From assembly GCA_965113315.1 (NCBI GenBank), contig OZ220364.1: a stretch of 64,000 bases of DNA. One strand, 5' to 3'. Positions 23,881 through 35,864 of this stretch are shown here, in pieces (the stretch's first letter is position 1; every line of letters starts with the position of its first letter). The notes below the pieces were generated by a model that did no database searches, was not told the origin of the DNA, and saw only the letters and a list, made by a program, of their open reading frames with translations. The position numbers were made by a program, and so were the translations under genes. This stretch comes from Podarcis vaucheri (taxonomy: Eukaryota).

Positions 23881-24347
23881 GTGATGCATCCTTCAGCCTT
23901 ACCATGTCTGTTCACACTGCTCTCCTCAGCCTCTGTGATGCTGCCGGAATGAGCACAGCAACAAGCGTAAGCCAGGTAACCGGCGTTTGTTGGTCAGAGA
24001 GTGTTTACAGCACCTTCAGCCCTGTTGTTTTGTATACTAGATACTAAAGTCACATTTGTTCATGCACACAGTTTAGCTTGTGTCAGAAATGTTTGTGCAC
24101 CCTGGGTTAGCTAAGGGCAAATCGTGAATATCTAGTTTAATAACATCCCCTAGAAAAATATCATCCTCTTCATAAATGGATTTGTTAATTGTAAAATAAA
24201 GTTTATGCATTACCTATATAAATCACAGGGTGGCAGAAGCAGAGTAACGTTTTCATCCACTGTAAGGCGTTTGATATAGTATCTTACACTGTACGATTCT
24301 GAGTGAAGTTATTACCAAATTCCATCAATCTCTTTTATTTGCTTTAG

Positions 24348-24459
24348 CTCAGAGATTGAAACAAACCCTAGAGCCTTGTGACACCGAATATCCAGCCTTT
24401 GTTTCTGAACGCACCATCAAGGAGACCACAGGCAATATTGATTGCGATGATTGTTTCAA
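24348..24459 (+). CDS. CACNA2D3: CACNA2D3 exon, (A)QRLKQTLEPCDTEYPAFVSERTIKETTGNIDCDDCF(K)
   Basis: gctttag| acceptor, AA|gtaagt donor; 112 nt. Confidence 0.97.
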
Positions 24460-25310
24460 GTAAGTACTTCCTTCTTACTGGTTGTGAAATTCTAAACTTC
24501 ACACCAAAATCTGTGCTACAAACTGCTGCAGTTAGTCTAGTCTAATCCTGGAAGAATGGATAACAGTTAAAGTTTGATGTTCATAAAGTTGTCAAGGAGA
24601 CCAGGAAATGTATTGGCTATATATAAAAATATGAGTTACTCTAGCTTATTGGAAGAGACTTATGTGTGGTCCTAGCCACCAGGACTCTGCTGGTCAAAAG
24701 AGTCAACAATAGTAACTAGTTGCATCACATGGTTGATCTGGGTCTGATTCCATATTCAAATCACCGTATCTCCATCTGATTGATTAGCTTATTAGCTAGT
24801 TATAAATTGCAGCTCTCCTAGTGGCTAACTTTGCAATCTATCAACAAACTAGGTGTCCACATTGTTTCTAAAACTGTACTGCAGCTCTTATCACAGATGG
24901 CTAGTCCCACTGCAGGTGCCTCACAACCTGGGGAACAGCTGCACAGCCAAACTTTCTTCTGATTTCAGGGTGCAGAGTTTAAAGAGTGCTGAGTCCTTGT
25001 GTCTTCTGAATTGACAATGTCAGCTTTATTGAGCAGTTTCTGTTAGTCCCTTAATGAAGTTTGTTGATCAAAGCCTCCTCAGCTTATTGTTAAGAATTTG
25101 CATCCATTTCAGTATTCCTAGCCAAGGGTGAACGTTGCTAAATAAAATGTACAATTTACTGTATATTATTTATATGTGTGCATGAGATAAGATTTTCCAA
25201 GTACAGGGTAACTTTTCTGGAGTCTGGCTCTGCAGCCTTAAATGGTACCAAGCATAAAGGAATTCAAAACCCATTTTTCAACCTTCTTTCTGTTAGTTTT
25301 AGCTGTATTT

Positions 25311-25554
25311 CAGTGTGGTGTAGTGGTTAAGAGCGGTAGTCTCGTAATCTGGGAAACCGGGTTCGCGTCCCCGCTCCTCCACATGCAGCTGCTGGGTGAC
25401 CTTGGGCCAGTCACACTTCTTTGAAGTCTCTCAGCCCCACTCACCTCACAGAGTGTTTGTTGTGGGGGAGGAAGGGAAAGGAGAATGTTAGCCGCTTTGA
25501 GACTCCTTAAAGGGAGTGAAAGGCGGGATATCAAATCCAAACTCTTCTTCTTCT
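25311..25554 (+). mobile_element. Squam3-like (MIR/Ther1-derived) SINE, near full length
   Basis: A-box tggtgtagtgg, B-box ggttcgcgtcc, CORE-like gtgaccttgggccagtcac, (TTC)n tail. Confidence 0.85.
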
Positions 25555-26554
25555 ATAGAGGAGCTACAGTCACAAGAAGATAGGGACATACTCTTTTAAA
25601 TAACTTAGGCAACTACATCACAAGGTTAGACTAGATGACTCTCGGGGTCCCTTCCAACTCTACAATTCTATGATTCTGTGTTTGCTTAGTTTTTCTCCAC
25701 ATCCCAGACTACTTTACCATGCCTTAAAACACAATACTCAGCAACTACAATCACATGAAATTTCTCCCAATACACTTTTTGTATACACTTTTGCCTATTA
25801 TATGCATTTTTAAAATCAATTTTCCTGCATAACAATTTTGAATGTTACTTTTAGTAATATTTTTTCTTGCACACTTACCCCCTAGAATGCACTTTTATTT
25901 GCATTTTTTATTGGATAGCTGCATAATAAAATATGGAGATGCATGTATCTCAAAAGATAGGGTTTTTTTTGTATATTGGTTCAGGAAGTGAAAATTAGTG
26001 GATTTTTATTAAAATGTGAACTACATAAATTTCACTCCCATCCTTACCTGGGATTAACATGCCTTGAAATCACTGGGACAGACTTCCAACTAAACATATA
26101 CATGATTTTAGTATACATTATGGAGTGCAAGTTTCATGTATTCAAAACTACTGGTTGGTTTAACCTATCCCAGGGAGAATCAAGTGGAATGTTTTGCTTG
26201 TAGGGGTTAGGGAGAAGTGTGAAATGCTAGATGAGACATTTTCTTTGCAAGACAGAAAGATTGCCCATTGTTGTTGTTGTTTATCCACTCTTCACCTTAA
26301 GGTCCTGGGGCAGGTTACAACAATTTAAAGTACAGTTTAAAACAGTTTTAAAACTTGCAATTAAAAATGCCATCACAAAAAAATAGAATGTGAACCTTCT
26401 ATGTGAACAGATGAAGGGCCGTATAATAGTCATTGTCGTCATCATCGTAGTAATAATAATATCTGGAGCTAAAGGCCAGGATTTTCATCAGCCATATCTC
26501 AGTCCAAGGATTGGCACAAAAAAAGTTTGTCTGTCGTAGTGCCTATCTTATGAG

Positions 26555-26695
26555 GGATAGCTTAGTCAGTAGATCATGAGACTCTTAATCTCAGAATTGC
26601 TTGAGCTCCATACTGGGCAAAATATTCCTGCACTGCAGAGAGTTGGACTAGACTATCCTTGTGGTCTCTTCCAGCTCTACAATTCTATGATTCTA
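26555..26695 (+). mobile_element. tRNA-derived SINE with CR1-type tail (Squam2-like)
   Basis: tagcttagtcagtagatcatgagactcttaatctcag head; attctatgattcta tail; similar to 15890-16027. Confidence 0.72.
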
Positions 26696-27818
26696 TACTT
26701 CATACCCTACACTAAGGACCGTGGAGCTGCTTGCAAATAAAAGCAGCAAAGAATAAGGTTAATAAGACTGCATAAAAATAGCAGCGCTGTAATAAAAACA
26801 TTACAGAGCCTGTGTGTGTGTGTGTGTGTGTGGCTTATCAAAGAAGGCCTTCCTCAAGAGATAATTCAGTGGTTGTGGCATTGTCCACAACTAAAAATGA
26901 ATCCAAGTTGCACTGAGTGTTGCATCTCGAAACCAGACATTTGACATGGGAAGCATATAAATTCAGCATGAAAACATTTTTTGAAAACAAGGATTGTCCT
27001 GTATATGGATAATTGTAATGGTTAATTTTATGATGCTGGCAAATCTGTCTTGTTGCTAGCATGTAGCCCTAGTGTGCTGATTAATAATGATGAGGCAAGC
27101 CTTAAAACGTGTCGTTTATCTTAATTCTAGTGAAGGACTTGTCGGTGGCTTTTGGATTTCTCTTGTTGAGAACATCAGAAATGTGCCTGAATAGAAAATT
27201 TTCATATGGCACAACTACTACATTTTTAAAGCTTTTTGAGAGCGGCATTGGAATCTGAAGGTCACTAGACGACTTTCTGTTGTGTTGTTCTACTTCTGAG
27301 GTCATGAGGGGACAACCCCAGAGCTGGCAAGTTTGAGGATTGTGGCTTCAGAATGTAATATTTCATGTTGATTTAAGGGGAAAGCTACTTGGATCCAAAA
27401 ATGGGACCAGACTCAGAAGGTCCAGTGTCCTTGGAATGCACTCTCACTGTTTGAAGCTAATGGCTGTCAGCTGTCAAACCACACATTACTCATCAAGTTA
27501 CACTTTGTTCTCCTATGTGACCATTTATTTGCATCCACCAAGAATCAACTAAACAAGTGAAGATTCATAGTTTTAAAGTTTTGTATCTTTAGACATATTT
27601 CTAGGATATGTAGACCTCATTGCTAAATGGAACTATATGGACACATGCGGCTTTGTGAAGTTCTACCCACAGGCGTAAGATATCTTCACAAGAGAATGAC
27701 TAATGTTACCCAATAACATCTGCGTCAATTGTTTGAGTTTCCAGCAAAGTCAGTCCTAAGAAGAATTTCCACTGTGCCATTACAGCTTTATGCCTAAATA
27801 TACCAACCTAGGAATGAG

Positions 27819-27994
27819 CAGGGGCGGATTTTGGTCTTTCAATGGTGCCCCTGTGTGAGGCCAAAATTCAGCCGCCCCCCCCCCCACTTCTTACCTTCTC
27901 TTCTGCCTCAATTCACTACATCATAGTTGCAGCACTTCTTAGGCTCAGCACCCAGTACAGTGGAACTGGTCACACTGCCCTAAATCAGCCCCTG
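27819..27994. mobile_element. hAT-type MITE
   Basis: TIR CAGGGGCGGATTT / AAATCAGCCCCTG; flanking direct repeat gaatgag. Confidence 0.75.
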
Positions 27995-30900
27995 GAATGA
28001 GAACAGGTTAAATGGACTGGCCTTCTTTAAAGGAGAATTGGGGGGATACAGGCAACTCCCAATTTACACAGGGATTATGTTCCAAGGCACCGTGCATTTA
28101 AGTGAAATTGCGCATGTTTGAAACAACGTTGAAAAAGCCTGTGAACATCCCATTCCGTCCCTGCCCTGTTCTGGCCTTTTTTTGTTACATTTTTAGGTCA
28201 CTTCCAGCTTCAGTGTGATGTGCATCTGTGCAGTTGTTCACATATTGGACGTGCCCAAAATGGTCACAGCCTATATTTTAATTCAATACAATCAGTGTGA
28301 TATTTTCCACACTGTGGATGCATGAGGAAGGGAAAGCAAAGTTAGATGAACTACCATTTCCCTTCTTAGTTTGTGATGGCGGGACAGATGTGTGGGTGGA
28401 GTGGCATTCTTTGTACTCCTCTGTCCTTTCCTAGAGTTTTCTTTTACAGTCCAATCCCAATGTTTTCTTGATTTGGGTCCTTGTGAACAATAGGAAGGCA
28501 TGCATCTTTGTGCTGTCCTAGACATAGCCATAGGATTCCCTCACAAAATAATGTTCAATATATCCCAATAACCTCTGGGTTAATGTCTGCTTTGTGTTTG
28601 CTTTTTCGCAGGAAAGTATTTCCCCTATACCATTATATCTTTATGCCTGAAGTATATGAAAATGCTTTCTTTCACCCTCAAATGATGGCAAGTTTTCTTT
28701 GAAGTTACAGATAGGTAGCCGTGTTGGTCTGCCATAGTAGTAGGGAGGGGCCCAGTGAGGTTGGTTCTCCACTGCCAACATAAGGACTCTCTTCTTTCAG
28801 AGGGGGAGATACAGAACTTCCTGTGGTCTCCAGAATGTCCTTGCAAGGGCCTTAGGCTTCCAGGCCCTGGTGCCAAACTAGGCTTCCCTTTCTCATAGAG
28901 CCGAGAACTCTGGAAAGCATTCGCAATGCAACCCTAAGCATGCATACTCTGAAACAAATTCCACTGAATTGAATGAGTCCTGCTCACTTGTAAGTGTGTT
29001 TAGGATGGCAGCCTTTTGTGATTATTTCAATATTCAAAAAGGCTTCAGTTAAATGAAGAAAAGATTTAATTTAACAGGGCTAGTTTTCTCCCCAGATGAA
29101 AGACAGAGATCCAGCCGACTCTTTTAAAGATAATTTCAGGTCAAACGGAATAATATAATTCAGCAGTACTTGGATGAAGTGAGTTGGAAACTGAGTTTAC
29201 TGAAAATTATAGCATTTTAAAAAATAATAAACTAAGATAATTTTCATAGAAAATCATTTTGTATTCCATAGTGGAAAGAAAACCTCCCTATGTTAGTAAT
29301 ACTCTAATCTCAAGACACTCATTATTTTTCTCTGGAAGCAATGGTAAACCAAAAAGAAATAATTTTGAGTAAGTGTTAGAGGCTCATGGGAACACTTTCG
29401 TTCACTGTGTAATTTATTCAATTACTGTCATTAACAATCAACAAATTATGACTTTGGGCAGATTCAAATGTTCTGTTTCTGACAGCATAGTGCTTTCACA
29501 TGACTTTCTTAGTTCAGAATTCATAGGAAAGGGAGATTTCTTATATAAAGATTCCCTGCATTAAAACTGCATCCTACAACCGGGCTAAGCACTTCTCCCT
29601 AATCTATAATGATGAAATGTGAAGCCTAATATTGTTGCTGACATATTGGCACATGAATTCTGAGGTGGTGCCCCTAGGTCCAGTGAGGTACCACATCTGG
29701 AAGAGTAAATTTAAATTGCCCCCCTGATACCACCTCTTTCTAAATGTTTTAATAATCTGGCTTGAAAGCCTTCGCAGACACACTTTCTGATCCTGTCCCG
29801 AGTCCTACTCGTGCAACAACAGCCGTATTCAGTTGGATGGATTTTATGTGATGGGCCAGCTTCTTATGACATTTTCTGCCTTTATACTTTTACTTATTTA
29901 ATGAAACAATGAAATAGTGCTTTGCTGTAAGTAAAACGTTCAATTGTTTGCCCATTTCGTTTTGCTGGACACTGCTTAGATGTTTTCTGTACGCTATATA
30001 AATAGTTTTATAAAGAAATAAAAAATTATACTTAATGGTACTGAGTGAATAAGGTGGTGGAGGGGCATCGTAGTGACAGGCCCTACCCCAAGCATCCAGT
30101 TGAATCCATTGAGTCTATACAGGTGTGGAAATTTCTAGCCTTCTTCAGGTTTTGGGGTGACCGCATGAGGACTCAAACTGGCACAGGGGGTACGCACTGG
30201 CCTTGCTTCCAGTGACCCTGTGAGTACCAGGCCTGCCCTCTCCGCTCCTCACCCTAAAGGTCCAAAGGGTGAGTCTAACCATGACACTGTTAGAGTCCTC
30301 TCTGATCAGAAATCGGGATTCCTGATTCCTAATTGCATTCAGCTGCATGCAGACCTTCATTCTCAAGGCATATACATCAAAGAAGAACTTGAATGTATTG
30401 GGGTTGGGGTTGTTGTGTGCTCTTTACATGCATTCACCCCAGTGCTGGTAGAGGACCTCCCTATAACTAGGAGCCCCAACTGATTGAAAAGAGGCCTACT
30501 AGCATGCACAGACTTGCACATATTGAACTAAATGTTCATGGGTGTTGTCCTCCCAACCAAAGCTTCATCCACCATAATTAATGTTGTGTGAACAGCTGTA
30601 CTGTCATGGGTCCAGTCGCCCTTCAGAAAACTGCAATATAGTGAGTGGCCTCATCTCAACCAAGAGTAATGCAGTTGCTAGTTTCTTAGGCTTGGAAAAA
30701 GAAAACCCAGGATCAAAACCTGGAAATAATTAATCCAGTCCTCAACATCCTATACATGGGTGTGGGTTACTTTTCTTTCTTTCCACTTGATATGGAGAAA
30801 TAACTCGCACTTCATGATGTGCAATGTTTAAATTATTTTCCAAAATATAGACGCCTTAGAGAATGTAGGAGCCTGAAAGAAAATAAGGATTATATAAGAA

Positions 30901-32589
30901 TGCCATTATGGTTATGGTTTGGCTGCTCCAATCGATAATTTTTGTCATCCTATATCCCACTGATTATGAATCTTTTAAATCTTCTACTTAAAAAGCAATT
31001 GAAAACAAGCTAGCCCATATTTTTTTAAGTATCTGGGGCTGTCAACAAGAACACAAAACTGGATTGCTTTTAGTATTTTCCAGTAAGTTATTCTTGTTCA
31101 TTTAAAGTGCAGTTTTAAAAAGTAGATTCACACTATTATACTATCGACAGAATAAGGTGGCGGTCCCAATCAAGCAAAAATGAACTGATTGTTCAACTCT
31201 AAGCATGGTTGTTCAGAAACAAGTTTCAGTGAGCACAATGGGCCTTACTCCCAACTAAGTGTGTTAAGGCTTGTAGCCTCAGCCACTTTGAAAGCAAAAC
31301 AGGTATTAGACTGGTTTCAGCAGAGTTATTTCATTCAGTTTAAGTTGTTTTGTTGGTGTAGTCACTCGCTTTAGCTGAATCAAAACTAAAGTTGTTGGGT
31401 TGGCGTTTTTTTAAAAAAAATACATTTTAAAGCTATGCGCTGGTAGAAGCAGGAAAGCTATTAGGTTTTCCTGCAACACAACCTTTAGAGTCAGATCTTG
31501 ATCCTATGAAGAAGAAAAATGAGCACATCTCACAGACCAGTTTTGGTAACATATGAATGTTCAGCCAAAAGGCTGGACGCTTTTGCAAGCTGTTGGGCAA
31601 GAGAGGCAGAGCAGGGAAACTCCCTGCACCAATTGGTGCGTTTCTATGGTGGTCTGAGTGAGTGGGCAGGGCTTGATCCCTAGTTAAGGGACAATCTGCC
31701 TTAACTCCAGCCTCTCTGTTTGCAGCAGCACTCTCCCTCCCTGCCTGTCTCCCAGCGTGCTGTGCTTCGTTGTCGCCGCTAGAGGACCATGTAGGAATTT
31801 TTCCCAATCTGCATCTTGGATCGCAAATTGTTTTTTTGCCTGCTTCACACTGAATAGCGGGACAGAGTGCTAGATTGTATGCTGTGTTGTTTAAATAGGT
31901 TGATCTTCTTGATTTGGTCACTTTGGGCATTTTATGTACAGGAAAAGAAATAGTTTGATTTAGCCTGCCCTTTGGGCAGCTTCCAAGTGATGGGTCAGCC
32001 CCGAAGCTCACTTCTTGGACTTGGTTCAGAAGGTGAGATAGGGGCCTCCTTTGAGGCCAAACTCCCTCATCCACCTGGGGTTCTGTGGTCCAGGGGGTGG
32101 TGACAAGATAAGGCCTCCCTTCTCACCTTCAGGCTGTGGCCCAGGAATCGGAGCAGGCTTGGAAGCCCCGAATTCCTTAGGCAAGGGCGGGTCGCCCAAT
32201 GTCTACAGTTATACAGTTAAGTTAGTTTCCACCCCATAGTCATCCCCCTCTGCTGATTTCAATTTAAGGTCTAAATAAAAGTGACCCAGTTCAACCCCAT
32301 CTTATGTCTGCCTCTTTATTTGCCTATCAGGGCGCAAATGATTTCTCCTCGTGTTTGTTGTAGTAGTTTTGAAATCTGTAGCATTAGTTAAATTTTAACA
32401 ATGACATATTTAAAGATTGCACACAATGGAAATAAAGCAGGGCCACTAACTCATATTTGTGGTAGTTTTGGACAGAGAGGGGAACTATTAGGATGTTGTT
32501 ATTCCCAAATACATTCATGGTGAGATTAGGAGTAGTCCTTGGACTTGCTCCCAGACCTCCATCCATCTTTTCAGCCTCCCCTTTCCACA

Positions 32590-32925
32590 TGCAGAAGATA
32601 ATCTGAACCAGGGGGGTCCCTCAATTATTTTCTGGAATGGAGTTGAGCATCCAGTCCAACTTCCTGTTTAGTGCAGGAAATCCATACCTTGAGCATCCTC
32701 AACAGACAGTTGTCCAGCTAGAAAACCTCCAGAGAGCAGACCTCCTATCAAAGTAACTGGTCCCATTGTTGCACTGCTCTTACCATCAAGACTTTCAGCT
32801 GAAATCTACCCTCTCCCTGTAACTTGAGTCCATTGGATCTAGCCTTGCCTTCTGAGGGAGCAGAGAACATGCCTCTTTGCCTTCTTCTCTCTGAGTGCCC
32901 TTCAGGTATTTGAAGAATGTATCTG
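32590..32925 (-). mobile_element. CR1 LINE 3' fragment, boundaries approximate
   Basis: minus-strand FKYLKG...ARSNGLKLQ.GRFQL...VRAVQQWDQL, CR1 ORF2 C-terminal motif. Confidence 0.75.
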
Positions 32926-33988
32926 GCATGGAATGTAGCAATAGCCTCCTGGGCCATTTGTTAACATATGAATAGGTAATATTCATTGGATAGTGGAAGA
33001 AAAGGTAGTATAAGGCATTGAGCTGAGATGGAGGCTTTGTTATAGTTTTCCTAAAGTTATCTACATAGGATGAGGCAGAAAGGGGATTGGGGGTCCCAGT
33101 TACCCAATTCCTATGATGGAGTAGGAAAAGAACATCATGACATTTTTTGTGAACACTGGTATATACGGTAACTTTCAATTAATAAATAAATGTAACATCA
33201 AACCAGGGGAAGATATGGAGAAGAAGGAAGTGTGATTTGGTAGTTTTACACTCCTGCTGGATTTAGGCGGAGAAAGAAAGAGCTTGAAGGAATTATCAAA
33301 GAGAGTTGAGATCTGGGATTGGTTAGAGGTTGATTGTAAACTGTTTGGTATGCAAAGGGTGTTTCTCCTGGCATCCAGGAGTCGCACAAGGACTGTGGTC
33401 TGTTAACCAAAGATTGTACTGTGCTATCAGATTGTACTGAAGGAGATTGCTGTTGATCAGTTTCTTTGGGAGCTGAGATTTGAATTTGTGAAGTTCATCT
33501 GAGGACTCTGTTTGCCTGTGCTTTTTTTATATCTAAATAGCAGGGTCCTTAAAATGATTTGGCTTTAATATGATAGAGCACCAGTCTTAGGAGGAATCTG
33601 TGTGGTGGCATTTGACATCCTTACACTTTTTTTGTGATGGTGCAATTATAGGAGCAAAGCAGCAAATGCGTATTTCACAGAAATACAAGTTCACCACTCA
33701 AAAATTCAAACCAGCTATACTTGGAGCAAATTACAAGCTACTTCTTTCCAAATGCCATTAGCTGTTTTTCTGGACTATGGCTGCAATCCTAAACACACTT
33801 ACTAGGAAGTAAGCCCCACTGAACACAGGGAGACTTACTTCTGAGTAAACAGTCATGGAACTGTTCTATGAATAGATTTCAGCCCCAACTGTTTGCAGTT
33901 TGTAGCTCCGAGAGTGTAGAAACTCTATATACATTCTATGAGTCTTGGGAATGAATGGAATAAATATTGGGAATAAATAATTAACTAA

Positions 33989-34252
33989 GGGCCCATCTAA
34001 ACTTCTGTTTGTCCCATGATTTCAAGCCATGGATCTGAGTGGTTTTTATTTTGTCCCATCACTGTCTCTGGGAAAACCTGCTGTTTAATGTTGAATCAAT
34101 CTGGTTTTTTGCAGATTGATGCTTGTTCCAATTTCGCAGTAAACAGCTGGTTTTCCCAGGGACATGATCGGACAAAACAAAAACCCCACCTCTCGGACCC
34201 ATGACTTAAAATCACTTGAAATCAATGGATAAAAGGAAGTGTGGATGGGCTC
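33989..34252. mobile_element. fold-back MITE (PIF/Harbinger-like)
   Basis: ends GGGCCCATCTAAACTTC / GAAGTGTGGATGGGCTC, flanked by TAA and TTA; interior self-complementary. Confidence 0.78.
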
Positions 34253-35637
34253 TTAGCAAGCCTAATGGCCAAACAAGATGTTATAAGAGGAACAAAACTG
34301 AAAGCTCTCCATCGCTTTCTCTTCTCTTCTGTGTAACGTCTAAAACAAACAGCTTTCTTGGCCCCGTGTTGTATCATTGGTTCACAAGAACAGGGAAACA
34401 CGTTGTGTGATGTCATTACAATTCCCATTCAACAGCAGAAAATGAAAGAATAGAGTTACAAAAGTAGAGTTACAAGAGTAGAGTTACATGTGCCTATTAT
34501 AATGTATACCTTGGCCATGGGTTGCTGACATTTATTGTAAGACAACACCCAGAAAGAAACCCAGCCCAGAACTTTAAGATGGGATATTGTACACCTTAAA
34601 GGTGTGAGCACTGTCAGTGCCTCTGATTTGCATCAGTGATAAGCCTTTTGTACTAAAGCTACTGCAGCGTATCAGGTACAATTATAACTTTCCTGAAGGG
34701 TAACATTGTTCTGCATCATTTGGCATGAAAAGAAGGCAGATTATATTGAAATTTCAGCAAAGCTGGTATATATGCTTATCCAGGGCATAGGGAGGCAGTA
34801 GCTACCGCTGAGAATTTTGTGTAAGAGTTTTTCATGCCTAATTTAGAATGAATTTCTGCAGAACCCAGCAACTATTAAATAAATAAAGATCTATACCGGA
34901 AGCAAGCAGCACCAGTTAGTGCTGTGAATAGAATTACTTGTAAGCATTAAAATGCCTTTTTTAAAAAATAAACCACTTAAAGCTGAGAAATACCATAAGC
35001 TGCTAAAGGATATTAACTTCTGTTGCTCTGCCAAATTGCTGTAAAATGTTAACTTTCACTTCAGTTCCCTATGGGAGAGGGAAAGTATATACCCTTCGCA
35101 TATATTGTTTACTTGTAAACATATCAGCTAACCACGTCAAAATTAGCACCCATTTAGGTTCTGTTTGATTTTCTTCATATATAAAGTCAGATCTTGACAG
35201 GTATCACACAGTAGAATGCTATAATGCCGTATGGGTTGGGTGGGGAAGAAACCCTCCTTAAGTGGAAATGTTTGGTTGCCATGATTGTGGGAGCCCATAT
35301 ATAGCCTAGGAGCCACTGGAAAGGAGAGAGGGGATAGAGGAAACCACACGCCTCCCTTCTCCCTTCAGCCAAATTGCCACAACCACGATTGCTTCCCCTT
35401 GTTGTCAACCTAGTATCTATAACTGGGAATGCCAGGATTTGAACCCAGGCCCACCTACTTCCCAAGTGACACTAAGCAATGATTCCTTCTCTATATAATC
35501 GTTACACCATTATATGTAAGAAACATAATTTTTGTAAGCTAAGCCCTGACTACGTTCAGATGGTAAGTTAAGAACTTGCTTTTTATACAGGCCACCAGCA
35601 TAGACAGGGTGCATCTAGTTGTTTACAGCTCTAAGTA

Positions 35638-35864
35638 CAGTGGTACCACGGGTTAAGTACTTAATTCGTTCTGGAGGTCTGTTCTTAACCTGAAGCACCA
35701 CTTTAGCTAATGGGGCCTCCCACTGCTGCTGTGCTGCCGCCACACAATTTCTGTTCTCATCCTGAAGCAAAGTTCTTAACCCGAGGTAACAGAATTACCT
35801 GAGGTAATATTTCTGGGTTAGCGGAGTCTGTAACCTGAAGCGTATGTAACCCGAGGTACCACTG
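35638..35864. mobile_element. Tc1/mariner-pogo MITE, family copy 1
   Basis: TIR CAGTGGTACC(A/T)CGGGTTA, TA flanks; highly similar to 46707-46915. Confidence 0.92.

Noticed and set aside
31433-32074. 213-aa minus-strand ORF, longest in the window, as a possible nested gene
   Set aside because: No recognisable domain or coherent splice structure; it does not show the leucine-rich repeats of LRTM1, the gene nested in human CACNA2D3.
33191-33625. TGTAA...TTACA block as a solo LTR
   Set aside because: No matching TSD and no clear TATA/poly(A) arrangement; not supportable from sequence alone.
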